A stretch of DNA of 64,000 bases from Candidatus Latescibacterota bacterium (GCA_964291625.2 OZ220089.1:960001-1024000); one strand, 5' to 3'. Positions 36,392 through 46,540 are shown, counted from the stretch's first letter. Notes: generated by a model not told the origin, from the sequence alone. Numbers and translations are program-made.

Positions 36392-37054
36392 ATGGGACCC
36401 CTGGGGCTGGGGGAGGCGGCGGACTCGGTGACCCGGCTGAACCATGAAGAGGCCTTCGAGCGGGCCTGGGCCGACCCGGCCAACACCCGGATCGAGCTGC
36501 CTCCGGTCGACGTCAACCGGGTCCTCGCCAGGCACTACCGCACGAGCGAACCGCTGAGGTTCACCCGGACCATGCTGTGGGAGATGGAGGTGAAGAAGGC
36601 CTTCCGGCCCGACCTCTACATCCCTTCGGTCGTATCCGAGGGAAGCTCCCGCTGCTGGGGCCGCCAGGCGGAGGCCGGAGGCGCCGAGTCGTTCGTGCGC
36701 TGCTCGCGGCAGCGTCTCTGGCTCGAGCCGTCGGAGCACGGGCTGGTCCTGGAACGGGTCTTCCTCAACCCGGCGCGGCAGAGCGCCACCTTCATCGGGG
36801 CCGCGGAACTCCTCGACGGAGGCGGGAACCGGCTTCGAGCCGGCGAAGGGCAGCCTCTCTTTCACGTCGAGCATTCGGTCGACGGCGGCGAGTCGCGGCC
36901 TCTCAACCTGTGGCGCATCGTCTACCTCACGGACCGGCCCGAGGCTCGACTGATCGAGCGGTTCACCCTTGCCAAGGACGTGTGGCTGCGGGAGTTCATC
37001 GAGATCTACATTCGGCGGGACCTGAAGATCGAGCTGACCCGGAGGGAGTCGTGA
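36392..37054 (+). CDS. Hypothetical protein (possibly START/Bet v1-like)
   Basis: 220-aa ORF packed between the permease and the dioxygenase, with natural-looking composition. The fold call is weak. Confidence 0.6.
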   Translation: MGPLGLGEAADSVTRLNHEEAFERAWADPANTRIELPPVDVNRVLARHYRTSEPLRFTRTMLWEMEVKKAFRPDLYIPSVVSEGSSRCWGRQAEAGGAESFVRCSRQRLWLEPSEHGLVLERVFLNPARQSATFIGAAELLDGGGNRLRAGEGQPLFHVEHSVDGGESRPLNLWRIVYLTDRPEARLIERFTLAKDVWLREFIEIYIRRDLKIELTRRES

Positions 37055-37965
37055 AGATCCGGGACATCCGCCACGTGGGGTTGCTGTCGCCGGCGATCGC
37101 GGCCCAGGCCGAGTACCACCTGGAGGCCCTGGGACTTCAGGCGGCCGGAGAAGACCGGCACGCGCGCTATCTCCGCGCCGCGTCGGGCGAGCACCACATT
37201 CTCAGCCTGCATCCCGCTGACCGGACCGGGCTCCACCACCTCGCCTTCCGCCTTGAGGGACGCGCAGCCGTCGACGCGGCGGCCGCCGAGCTCGAAGGGC
37301 GGGGAATCCCCCTCGCGGCGCCGCCGGACGGCCTGGACGAACCCGGCGGCGGATACGGCCTGCGGTTTCTCGACCCGGAGAACCGCTGCATCGAGCTGTC
37401 GGCCGGCGTGGCCGAACACCCGAACCGCGGGCCTGCCGGGAAAGCCGGCCCCCGCCGGCTGTGCCACGTCGGTCTCAACACTCCGCGGTTCGAGCCGATC
37501 GTGGAGTTCTACACCGGTGTTCTGGGGTTCCGGGTCTCGGACCGGATCGAGGACCAGATGGCCTTCCTGCGATGCGGCCGGAGACATCACGCCATCGTCT
37601 TCAGTCGCGCCGATCACCCATCGGTCAACCATGTCGCGTACGCCATGGCGAACGTGGACGACGTGATGAAGGGGGTCTCCCGCCTGCGCGCCCGGGGGCA
37701 GGAGCCCGGCTGGGGACCGGGGCGCCACGGCCCGGGCCACAACATCTTCTGCTACTACGAGGACCCGGCCGGATACCTTGTCGAGCTCTCCAGCGACCTG
37801 GAGGAGATCGAGGACGAGGCAGCGCACGAACCCGCGGTGTGGAGACGAGTGCCGGAAACCGCGGACCTCTGGGGTACGGCCGGACCGCCTGGCGCCGAGA
37901 TCCGCAAGGCGATGGCCGGCGACCCCGATCCGGGGTGGGCCGTCAAGGACACCGCCGCGGGTTGA
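37051..37965 (+). CDS. VOC-family extradiol (catechol 2,3-dioxygenase-like) enzyme
   Basis: GTG 37051. Two VOC domains with RLCHVGLN, HHAI, VNHVAY and WGPGRHGPGHNIFCYYEDPAGYLVE. Confidence 0.85.
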   Translation: MKIRDIRHVGLLSPAIAAQAEYHLEALGLQAAGEDRHARYLRAASGEHHILSLHPADRTGLHHLAFRLEGRAAVDAAAAELEGRGIPLAAPPDGLDEPGGGYGLRFLDPENRCIELSAGVAEHPNRGPAGKAGPRRLCHVGLNTPRFEPIVEFYTGVLGFRVSDRIEDQMAFLRCGRRHHAIVFSRADHPSVNHVAYAMANVDDVMKGVSRLRARGQEPGWGPGRHGPGHNIFCYYEDPAGYLVELSSDLEEIEDEAAHEPAVWRRVPETADLWGTAGPPGAEIRKAMAGDPDPGWAVKDTAAG

Positions 37966-38026
37966 TTGGCCAAGGAGATCCCTGTCCAAGCATGGCGAAG
38001 GGCAAGCGCGGACAGCGGGATGGTAG

Positions 38027-38803
38027 CTACCAGCGCGACAGGCAGTCGTCGCTCAGCGGTTCGATCGGCCGGAAGTCGCGGTGGGCGATCCATTCCGGGC
38101 GCTTGAACCGGCGGATGTGGTTGTCGACGCGGCACAGGCTCAGGTAGACGATCACCCGGCCCCAGGGGCTGATGTTCGGGGGAGAGGCGTGCACGATGTT
38201 GGAGTGGAACATCAGGACCGCCCCCGCCTTCCCCTTGGGCGCGGCGATCCCCCCTTCGTCCGCCAGCCGGGTCACCGTTTCCTGGTCGAGGGTCCACAGC
38301 GGGTAGGAGGTGGTCAGGGTGTCGTGGCCGGCCTCGATCACGCCCTGCCTGTGGCTGCGTGGGATGATGTACAGAGGGCCGTTGAACTCGCTCACCTCGT
38401 CGAGAAAGACGGCGATGTTCATCGCCTTCGGTTCCGGCATCCCGTCGTCCCGCGCCCATGTTCCGTAGTCCTGGTGCCACTGCCAGACGTCACCGGTAAA
38501 GGCCGCCTTGCCGTTGATCTTGTACTGGTGCATGTACACCGGCCCGTCGAGGAGCTGCATCACGGGCCCGATCAGGCGCGGGTGGCTCCCGAGACGGGCA
38601 AAAGCCTCGTTGTAGGTATGGGCCGCGAAGGCTGTGCGCACCGCGTCGGTATCCTTCTCGCGCCAGACCTCCTCCCGGTGCATGTCGAAGATCACCGGCA
38701 GCTGGTCCTTCAATACGCCGACCTCCTCCTCGGTAAACAGATCGGGAAGGAACAACCAGCCCTCGGTCTCGAACTGGCGCAACTGATCTTCGTTCAGTCT
38801 CAC
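38027..38803 (-). CDS. PhyH-family 2-oxoglutarate/Fe(II) dioxygenase (ectoine/proline hydroxylase-like)
   Basis: HQYKINGKAAFTGDVWQWHQDYGTW, NGPLYIIPRSH, VHASPPNISPWGR. Confidence 0.85.
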   Translation of the reverse strand: MRLNEDQLRQFETEGWLFLPDLFTEEEVGVLKDQLPVIFDMHREEVWREKDTDAVRTAFAAHTYNEAFARLGSHPRLIGPVMQLLDGPVYMHQYKINGKAAFTGDVWQWHQDYGTWARDDGMPEPKAMNIAVFLDEVSEFNGPLYIIPRSHRQGVIEAGHDTLTTSYPLWTLDQETVTRLADEGGIAAPKGKAGAVLMFHSNIVHASPPNISPWGRVIVYLSLCRVDNHIRRFKRPEWIAHRDFRPIEPLSDDCLSRW

Positions 38804-38804
38804 C

Positions 38805-40211
38805 TCACTCCCCCAGGATCCCCGGCCCGTACCGCCCCAGCCGCAGGATCGGGTAGTGCGAGCCGAGCAGGGTCTGGTCCCCCGTCTCCCGCACCACCTG
38901 CCACGCGTACCGCATCAGGGAGCGGATCACCTCCTCGTGCCCGTCCACGTCGATCAGGTTGCGCATCTCGAAGGGATCGTCGTCCAGGTTGTAGAGCTCG
39001 TCGAAGTCGAAGCCGTTCCAGCAGAGCTTCCAGGGGCCGTCCCAGACGATGCGCTGGGAGACGCGGTACCGGCTGCCGTGGTACTCGGCGAAGCCGCGGG
39101 TGAAGTCGCCGGCCCCTCCCTCGGGGTCCTGCAGGGCGCCGGCGAAGGAGCGTGAGTCGGGCGCGCCGATCGTCTCCAGGCCGGCCAGCTCCAGCAGGGT
39201 CGGGGCCAGGTCGTGGAGGCCGACGCGGGCCTGGCTGGTGACGCCGGGCAGCGCCCCGGGGCCGGCGACCACCATGGGGACCGAGTAGACCTCCTCGAAG
39301 CCCGTCCAGTTCTTGCAGTAGAGGCCGTGGGAGCCGAGCAGCTCGCCGTGGTCGCTGGCGAGGACGACGATCGTGTCGTCGAGCTGACCGGAGGACTCGA
39401 GGAAGTCGAGGAGGCGCCCGTACTGGGTGTCGATCTCGGTGATCGAGGCGTAGTAGCAGGCGGCGGCCTCCCTCTTCTGGCGTTCGTCCATGTCCCGCCA
39501 CGCGGCCCCGGCCTTGCGGTAGAGGTTCGGCTGGCCCTCCAGGTCGTTGCCGACGTTGGGCTGCAGGGGAAGGCTGTCCACGTCGTATTTCGCGAAGGCC
39601 TCCCGGCCGGTGACGAAGGGGTCGTGGGGCTCGGTGATGCTGACGAAGCAGCACCAGGGCGATTCACCGCTGGCGGCCTCATCGAGGAAGGCCAGGCCGA
39701 GGTCGGTGGTGACGCCCACGCCCCGCTTCTCCGGCGGGACGTCGGTCACGCCGTAGAGGAGGGTCTTCCGGTAACCCTCGGGGTGGCCGTCCCACTTCTG
39801 CAGGGAGAGGGGTCCATCCTGCTTGCCGCCCGCCTTCGGGGTCCCGGCCACCTGCCAGCCGAACGGCCCCAGGTCGCCGGAGCGCTCCACGTGCCACTTG
39901 CCGAAGTAGCCGGTGCGGTACCCGGCCCCCTCCAGCCGCTGCGCCCAGTGGGGGAGCCCGGTGCGCAGGCAGGACTGGTCGTCGTCCACCGTGTGGGTCA
40001 CCTCCAGGACGCCGTGGGAGTGGGGCAACAGCCCGGTCATCAGGCTCGCCCGGGCGGGTGAGCAGACCGCGTTCGGCGTGTAGGCCCTGGGCAGGCGCAC
40101 GCCTCGGGCGGCGAGGCGGTCGAAGTTCGGCGTCCGGCAGGGGTGGCCGGGATCGAGGACCCGCCCCTGCATCTGGTCGGTCATCAGGAACAGGATGTTG
40201 GGCGGTCTCAC
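38805..40211 (-). CDS. Sulfatase (formylglycine-dependent, Cys type)
   Basis: PNILFLMTDQ, CSPARASLMTG, GKWH, SDHGE. Likely GTG start at 40211. Confidence 0.92.
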   Translation of the reverse strand: MRPPNILFLMTDQMQGRVLDPGHPCRTPNFDRLAARGVRLPRAYTPNAVCSPARASLMTGLLPHSHGVLEVTHTVDDDQSCLRTGLPHWAQRLEGAGYRTGYFGKWHVERSGDLGPFGWQVAGTPKAGGKQDGPLSLQKWDGHPEGYRKTLLYGVTDVPPEKRGVGVTTDLGLAFLDEAASGESPWCCFVSITEPHDPFVTGREAFAKYDVDSLPLQPNVGNDLEGQPNLYRKAGAAWRDMDERQKREAAACYYASITEIDTQYGRLLDFLESSGQLDDTIVVLASDHGELLGSHGLYCKNWTGFEEVYSVPMVVAGPGALPGVTSQARVGLHDLAPTLLELAGLETIGAPDSRSFAGALQDPEGGAGDFTRGFAEYHGSRYRVSQRIVWDGPWKLCWNGFDFDELYNLDDDPFEMRNLIDVDGHEEVIRSLMRYAWQVVRETGDQTLLGSHYPILRLGRYGPGILGE

Positions 40212-40218
40212 GGGCGGC

Positions 40219-41286
40219 TCACGCGGGGGCCGCGCCCCACGCCTCCCTGAGCCGGCGGACCCAGTTGCCGTGCATGATGCCGGCGATCTCATCCGTCCCG
40301 TAGCCTCGCTCCTCCAGGAGCGCCGGGATGCGCTGCAGGTCGGCGATCGTCTCCATGTCGGCGGGGCTCTGCTCCTTGCCGTAGCCGCCGTCGAGGTCGG
40401 TGCCGATGGCGGCGTGGCGGGCGTTGCCGGCCAGCTGGCAGATGTGGTCGATGTGGTCGACCACCGTGGAGAGGGTGATGCCGGTGTTGTCGGCCGCCTC
40501 GTGGTCCCACAGGGGCGAGAGCATCCAGTCGTCGAAGGCGATGCCGACGACGCCGCCGCGCTCCACCAGCGCCTGGATCTGGCGGTCGTCGAGCTGGCGG
40601 TCGTGGTCGCACAGGGCGCGGCAGCAGTTGTGGGTGGCGATGACGGGCCCGCCGAAGACCTCGAGGGCCTCCCGGAAGGCCTGCTCCGCCAGGTGGCTGA
40701 CGTCGAGGACCATGCCGGCCTGGTCGAGGGCCCGGAGCATCGGCGCCCCTCTCGGCGTCAGGCCGCCGGGGGCCTGGGTGCCGTGGGAGTAGGCGCTGAC
40801 GCCGTAGTGGCAGAGGCTGACGACGCGCAGGCCCTCGTCCCACCACTCCCCCACCTGGTCCTCGTCGACGATGCCGTCGGCGCCCTCCATGGCGAGCACG
40901 TACCCGAGGGTGGCCGAGGCGGGGTCCCGCTCCCACTCCCGCAGGTGGGCGTCGAGGCCGGCGGTGTCGCGGACCTGCCTGAGCACCCCCTTGGCCTCCA
41001 TCAGGCGGTAGTAGGCGACCTCGCCGCGGCACTTGGCGTAGGCGATATCCTGGGTGCGCACCCCGGAGAACCGCTTCCCCACCGAGGCCAGGCGGCAGTG
41101 GCAGGTGGCCATGAAGAGGCCGATCCGGCCGCGGCGCAGCTCGCTGAAGCTGACCACGTTGGCGCCCCGCCCCTTGCCGCCCATCCCGGCCTCGGAGGCG
41201 CGGATCGTCTCGATCGGCTGCAGCAGGTCGCGGTCCCACTCCAGGGCGTTGAAGGCGATATCGAGGTGCGAGTCGACGATGAGCAT
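40219..41286 (-). CDS. Membrane dipeptidase (M19)
   Basis: MLIVDSHLD, MEGAD, LDVSHL, ATHNCCRAL, DHIDHICQLAG, IGTDLDG. Confidence 0.9.
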   Translation of the reverse strand: MLIVDSHLDIAFNALEWDRDLLQPIETIRASEAGMGGKGRGANVVSFSELRRGRIGLFMATCHCRLASVGKRFSGVRTQDIAYAKCRGEVAYYRLMEAKGVLRQVRDTAGLDAHLREWERDPASATLGYVLAMEGADGIVDEDQVGEWWDEGLRVVSLCHYGVSAYSHGTQAPGGLTPRGAPMLRALDQAGMVLDVSHLAEQAFREALEVFGGPVIATHNCCRALCDHDRQLDDRQIQALVERGGVVGIAFDDWMLSPLWDHEAADNTGITLSTVVDHIDHICQLAGNARHAAIGTDLDGGYGKEQSPADMETIADLQRIPALLEERGYGTDEIAGIMHGNWVRRLREAWGAAPA

Positions 41287-41411
41287 GGGCACTGGCTCCT
41301 GAAGGGGGAAGGTGATGGAGTTGTTGGAAAGGCCGGCCCTGGGATACGGAGGAACCGGGGCGCGTCCGGCCTGACCTGCGGGAGACGGGCCCGGACTCGC
41401 AGCCCGTCGTC

Positions 41412-42281
41412 CTAGTGCCCCTCCACCCCGTGGGCGGCGGCGGCCTCCACCAGGCGCAGGGCGTAGGCCAGGCCGATCCCCACGACGAGGGCCAGGATGA
41501 GCTTGCCGCGGTCGTGGCTGTGAAAGTGGATCTCGGGCAGCAGGTCGCTCAGGGCGATGCACAGGAAGGCGCCCGCCGCGAAGGCGAGCACGTAGCCGAC
41601 GGTGGCCGCGGCGCCGAAGGGGTCGAGGAGTCCCACGCCCAGAAAGCTCACCAGCGCCACCAGGGGGCAGAGCAGGGCGAACCCCAGGTTGGCCGCCGAC
41701 AGCGCCCGCCGGCGGTAGCCGGCCGCCTTCATCATGCCGACGATGGAGTAGGCGTCGAGGGGCTTGTGCACCAGGATGACGAGGAAGACGCCCATCCCCG
41801 CCAGGATCTCTCCGCCCGCCTGGGCCGCGCCGAGCCGGACGGTGGTTCCCAGGGCGACTCCCTCGGTCACGGTGTGCACCCCCAGGCCGAAGGCGATGCC
41901 CAGCAGGCGCCGCGGATGCATGCCGGATTCACCCTCCCCCTCCCCCCCGCCATGGCCGTGGCCGTGGCCGTGGTAGTCGCTGGCCTCGTCGCTGAAGTCG
42001 TGTCGGTGGAACTGGAAGATGCGCAGCAGGAAGACCATTAGGAGCATGCCGGCCATGGTCCATCCCACGGCCTTGTTCACCGCGCCGGGCCCCGGGATGT
42101 GCTCCAGGCTGTGGGGCAGGAGATGAAAGATGGCGATGCCGAGGATGAAGCCGGCCACCAGGCTCATCAGCATCTGGGTGCGCAGGTGGGTCATGGTGGC
42201 CAGGGCCGACAGCCTGCCGCCGAGGATGGCGGCGGCGAAGATTCCGGCCGAGTAGACCGACAGGACCAGCAGGGAGCTCAA
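41412..42281 (-). CDS. ZIP-family metal transporter
   Basis: FHLLPHS, His-rich loop HGHGHGH, VHTVTEGVALG, HKPLDA, LSDLLPEIHFHSHD. Start is approximate (TTG 42281). Confidence 0.85.
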   Translation of the reverse strand: MSSLLVLSVYSAGIFAAAILGGRLSALATMTHLRTQMLMSLVAGFILGIAIFHLLPHSLEHIPGPGAVNKAVGWTMAGMLLMVFLLRIFQFHRHDFSDEASDYHGHGHGHGGGEGEGESGMHPRRLLGIAFGLGVHTVTEGVALGTTVRLGAAQAGGEILAGMGVFLVILVHKPLDAYSIVGMMKAAGYRRRALSAANLGFALLCPLVALVSFLGVGLLDPFGAAATVGYVLAFAAGAFLCIALSDLLPEIHFHSHDRGKLILALVVGIGLAYALRLVEAAAAHGVEGH

Positions 42282-42491
42282 GGTGGACCGAAGGACCGGG
42301 TCGGGGGAACGAAGCGGGTCGGTCCGCCGAGGATGGGGAAGAGGTGTACCGACGATCTCTCCGAGCGCATTCGCCTCTCTCACTCCCAGGCCGTGCCGGG
42401 GACCAGCGGCCATCGCTGGACCCGGCCACGTGGACAGGCCCGAACTCGTGATTTCACTTAAGATAGAGCAATCCCGCCGCCAGGAGACCTC

Positions 42492-43952
42492 ATGCGCATC
42501 GCCACCGGCTCCTTCACCCACGAGTCGAGCACCTTCACCACCGTCGAGACCACCCGCGACAGCTTCCGCACCCAGCGCTTCGGCTACCTGCGGGCCCAGG
42601 AGGTCTTCGAGCGCTTCGACGGCACCAACTCGGCCGTGGGCGGCTTCCTCGCCGGCTGCCGTGAGCACGGCTACGAGCTGATCCCCACCATCTACGCCGG
42701 GGCCCCGCCCAGCGGCCCGGTGCCGCGCGCCGTCTTCGACGAGATCCTCGGCGACCTGCTCGGCCGCATCGAGGCGGCCGGCCCGGTGGACGGCGTCCTC
42801 CTCGACCTCCACGGCGCCATGGTGGCCGAGGGCATCGACGACGGCGAGGGGCACATCCTCGCCGCCGTGCGCCGGGTGGTGGGAGAGGTCCCCGTCATCG
42901 CCCAGTTCGACATCCACTCCAACGTCTCGCCGGCCATGGTCGAGTTCGGCGACGTGCTCATCGGCCACGAGACCTACCCGGAGATCGACCAGGAGGAACG
43001 GGGCCGGGAGTGCGCCGAGGTCATGCGCCGCGTCCTGGAGCACGGCCTGCGGCCGGTGATGGCCCTGAGCCGGATCCCCCTGATGTGGGGCATGAACCAG
43101 GTCACCGCCCACCCGCCGATGCGCCAGCTCATCGAGTACCTCCACCGCATCGAGACGCGGCCCGGGGTGATCTGCGGCTCCGTCGCCACCTGCTTTCCCC
43201 TGGCCGACATCCCCCACATGGGCGCCTCGGTCTACGTGGCCGCCGACGGCGACGCCGAGCTGGCCCAGGGTTGCGCCGACGAGCTGGCCGCCTGGATCTG
43301 GGAGCGCCGGGCCGACTGGCAGGCCCCCATGCCCTCCACCGCCGAGGCGCTGAGGGAGGCCGGGGAGGTCGGGAGATTTCCCGTGGTGCTGGCCGACCGC
43401 AACGACAACACCGGCGGCGGCGCCCCCGGGGACAGCACCGGCATGCTGCGGACCTTCCTGGAGCGGAAGCTCGACCGGGCCTGCATCCTCTACATCGTCG
43501 ACCCCGAGGCCGTGGCCCTCTGCGAGCGGGCCGGCGCCGGGGCCCGCCTGCGGCTGGAGGTGGGCGCGAAGTCGACCCCCCTCCAGGGGCAACCGGTGAC
43601 GATGGACGCCGAGGTCGTCGCCCTCGGCGACGGGCGCTTCCGCTACGAAGGGCCCCGCAACCGGGGGCTGGCCGGCACCATGGGCCCCTCGGCCCACATC
43701 CGCCAGGACGGCGTCCACGTGCTGCTGGTGACCCGGCGGGAGCAGCCCTACGGCGTGGCCTTCTCCCTCACCATGGGGCTCGACCCGCGCCGGATGCGCT
43801 ACGTGGGCGTCAAGTCGGCGGCCCACTTCCGCGGCGGCTTCGAGTCCTGGGCCGGCTGGATCCAGGTCGTCTCCGAGCCCTGCGTGCACAGCCCCGAGGG
43901 GCTCACCTATCGCAACCTGGGCCGCAAGGTCTATCCCCTCGACGACATCTGA
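42492..43952 (+). CDS. M81 (MlrC-like) metallopeptidase
   Basis: HESSTF, LDLHGAMV, DIHSNV, ETYPEID, DNTGGGAPGDST, VKSAAHFR. Confidence 0.9.
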   Translation: MRIATGSFTHESSTFTTVETTRDSFRTQRFGYLRAQEVFERFDGTNSAVGGFLAGCREHGYELIPTIYAGAPPSGPVPRAVFDEILGDLLGRIEAAGPVDGVLLDLHGAMVAEGIDDGEGHILAAVRRVVGEVPVIAQFDIHSNVSPAMVEFGDVLIGHETYPEIDQEERGRECAEVMRRVLEHGLRPVMALSRIPLMWGMNQVTAHPPMRQLIEYLHRIETRPGVICGSVATCFPLADIPHMGASVYVAADGDAELAQGCADELAAWIWERRADWQAPMPSTAEALREAGEVGRFPVVLADRNDNTGGGAPGDSTGMLRTFLERKLDRACILYIVDPEAVALCERAGAGARLRLEVGAKSTPLQGQPVTMDAEVVALGDGRFRYEGPRNRGLAGTMGPSAHIRQDGVHVLLVTRREQPYGVAFSLTMGLDPRRMRYVGVKSAAHFRGGFESWAGWIQVVSEPCVHSPEGLTYRNLGRKVYPLDDI

Positions 43953-43961
43953 AGGCACGCC

Positions 43962-45074
43962 ATGCCCCCGCGTCTCATCTTCGACGGCGACTACCCCATG
44001 GCCATCGGCGCCCTGGACATGGACCGCGACCTCACCCGCCCCATCGAGGAGGTCCGCGCCGCCGAGCCCCGGAGCCGGGGCTACCGCCGCTGGCCCGACA
44101 GCGAGACCATGGCCAGCCTGCCCGAGATGCGCCGCGGGCGCATCGCCGCGGCCCTGGTCAAGGCCGTGGGCCGGGTGCAGCGGTCGGAGATCATCTGGGG
44201 ATACCGCAGCCCCGAGAACGCCTGCGCCGCGGCCCTGGGCCAGATCGCCTACTACCGCCTCCTCGAGCAGCGGGGGGAGGTCCGCATCCTGCGCACGGCC
44301 GCGGACCTGCGGGCCCACACCGCCGCCTGGCAGGCCGCCCCCGGCGGCGAGCTGCCCGTGGGCCTCGTCCTCGGCCTGGAGGGGGCCGACCCCGTCCTCT
44401 GGCCGGGCCACCTGACGGACTGGTGGGACCAGGGCCTGCGGGTGATCAGCCTCTCCCACTACGGCCCCAGCGCCTACTGCCACGGCACCGGCACCGGCAC
44501 GCAGAAGGGGCTCCTGCCGCCGGCGCCGGAGCTGCTCGAGGAGATGGACCGGCTCGGCTTCGTCCTCGATCTCACCCACGCCTCCGACGCCTCGGTGCGC
44601 CAGGCCCTGGAACTATTCCCCGGCCCCATCGTCGCCACCCACCAGAACTGCCGGGCCCTGGTCCCGGGGGAGCGGCAGTTCCCCGACGACCAGCTGCGGG
44701 CGATCATCGACCGCGGCGGCGTCATCGGCGTCTCCATGGACACCTGGATGCTCTACAGGCCCGGCGTCGACTGGGCGCACATCCCGCCCCGCCGCGAGGT
44801 CTTCGAGCGCCGCGAGGTCACCCTGCACGACCTGGCCGACCACATCGACCACATCTGCCAGCTCGCCGGCGACGCCCGCCACGCCGGCATCGGCGGCGAC
44901 ACCGACGGCCAGGGGGGCCGCGAGGGCGCCCCCTGGGAGATCGACACGGTGGCCGACTACCAGAAGGTGGGCGGCGTCCTGGAGGGACGGGGCTACGGGG
45001 AGGAAGAGATCGCCGGCATTCTCTACGGCAACTGGCAGCGCTTCTTCGAGGCCCACCTGCCCGACTCCGGATGA
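43962..45074 (+). CDS. Membrane dipeptidase (M19), second paralogue
   Basis: LEGAD, LDLTHASD, ATHQNCRAL, DHIDHICQLAG, IGGDTDG. The N-terminal motif is DGDYP instead of DSHLD. Confidence 0.85.
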   Translation: MPPRLIFDGDYPMAIGALDMDRDLTRPIEEVRAAEPRSRGYRRWPDSETMASLPEMRRGRIAAALVKAVGRVQRSEIIWGYRSPENACAAALGQIAYYRLLEQRGEVRILRTAADLRAHTAAWQAAPGGELPVGLVLGLEGADPVLWPGHLTDWWDQGLRVISLSHYGPSAYCHGTGTGTQKGLLPPAPELLEEMDRLGFVLDLTHASDASVRQALELFPGPIVATHQNCRALVPGERQFPDDQLRAIIDRGGVIGVSMDTWMLYRPGVDWAHIPPRREVFERREVTLHDLADHIDHICQLAGDARHAGIGGDTDGQGGREGAPWEIDTVADYQKVGGVLEGRGYGEEEIAGILYGNWQRFFEAHLPDSG

Positions 45075-46540
45075 CGATGGCGGTAGAGAGAACGCCCCCC
45101 GCCGTCGAGCGCGGCCAGGCCCAGTTGTTCCTCGACGATGAGGGCCTCGCCGAGCGCAGGAACGTGACCCGCCGGTGGCACCGGCTGCGCAAGCACCCGG
45201 CCAACCCCCTCTTCACGCGCTCCGGCGAGGAGGCGCAGGTCTACCTCTCGGGGACGGTCCTCCACGAGCCGGAGCCCGGCGGCAGCGAGCCTCTCTTCCG
45301 CATGTGGTACTACGCCCGGTCCGAGAAGGTCCGCTGGGTCGCCTACGCCCGCAGCCGCGACGGCATCCGCTGGGAGAAGCCGGACCTCGGAGTCCTGCCC
45401 GCCGGCCGGGGGCTGCCGGGAAACGCCGTCTTCGCCCCCCCGGGGTGGCGGCTCATCGACTTCTCCGGTCTCGTCAAGGACCCCCGCCCCGGCGCCGCGG
45501 ACGAGGAGCGCTACAAGCTGATCGTCTCCGCCGACACCCGCGGCGCCGTGGAGATCGACGAGCCCCTGGAGGGCCTGGAGGGGAAGCACTTCGTCCGCGG
45601 CACCTCCCCCGACGGCTGGCGCTGGACCTTCCACGGCGCCTTCAAGCCCGCCATGCCCACCTACCCCGACCGAGGCTGCCTCACCTGGGACCCCTTCCGC
45701 GAAGAGTTCACCCAGTTCGGCCGGTCGCGCCACACGCCGCCGGAGCTGGTGGAGCGGGGAGGTCCCAACTATGCCGGCCGCGCCGTGGGACGGGGGACGA
45801 GCGCCGACTTCGAGAGCTGGTCGGAGGACTGGCCCCACGTCATGCACGCCACCGGCGAAGACCCGGACGGCACCGAGATCTACGGCTGCTCCGCCTTCCC
45901 CGCCGGCGGTCAGTGGATCGCCCTGACCCAGATGCACCACTCCCTGCCCCACCTCGCCTTCATCGACATGGCGATCTCCCACTCGCGGGACGGCGTCGAC
46001 TGGACGCGGGAGGACCACGTGGTGTTGCCCGGCGGCGACGTGGGGGACTGGGACCGCTTCAACCAGTGCACGGCCACCGCGCCCCTGCGCGTGGGCGACG
46101 AGCTGTGGGTCTACTACTGCGGCCGCTCCTTCCGCCACCGCGAGTACCTCGGCTGCCCCGAGTGGAGGCCGGAGATCCCCCGCGGCGACAGCGGTCCGAA
46201 CTTCGCCAGGATCGGCCTGGCCGCGATCCGCCTCGACGGCTGGTGCAGCCTGGCGGCCGGGTACGACGGCGGCGACGTGGTCACCGGGCCGGTGGTCCTG
46301 CCCGCCGGCGGGCTGCGGGTGAATGCGAGGTCCCCGTGGGGGGCGGTGACCGTGGAGGTCCTGGACGAAGGGGGGAACCCGATCCCCGGGGTGGCGCGGT
46401 CGGCCCCCGTCTCCGCCGACGGCGTGGACCTGCAGGTGGAGTGGCCCGGCGGCGCGGCCCTGGACAGCCTCCGGGGGAGGCCGGTGCGGCTGCGGTTCAC
46501 CCTCGAGAACGCCCACCTCTACTCGTGGAGGATCGCATGA
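45071..46540 (+). CDS. Predicted five-bladed beta-propeller glycosidase-like protein
   Basis: C-terminal 489 aa of ORF 43010..46540: QLFLDD, FRMWY, YARSRDGIRWEKPDLG, SRDGVDW, GDELWVYY, RLDGWCSL, AHLYS. Confidence 0.75.
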   Translation: MTMAVERTPPAVERGQAQLFLDDEGLAERRNVTRRWHRLRKHPANPLFTRSGEEAQVYLSGTVLHEPEPGGSEPLFRMWYYARSEKVRWVAYARSRDGIRWEKPDLGVLPAGRGLPGNAVFAPPGWRLIDFSGLVKDPRPGAADEERYKLIVSADTRGAVEIDEPLEGLEGKHFVRGTSPDGWRWTFHGAFKPAMPTYPDRGCLTWDPFREEFTQFGRSRHTPPELVERGGPNYAGRAVGRGTSADFESWSEDWPHVMHATGEDPDGTEIYGCSAFPAGGQWIALTQMHHSLPHLAFIDMAISHSRDGVDWTREDHVVLPGGDVGDWDRFNQCTATAPLRVGDELWVYYCGRSFRHREYLGCPEWRPEIPRGDSGPNFARIGLAAIRLDGWCSLAAGYDGGDVVTGPVVLPAGGLRVNARSPWGAVTVEVLDEGGNPIPGVARSAPVSADGVDLQVEWPGGAALDSLRGRPVRLRFTLENAHLYSWRIA

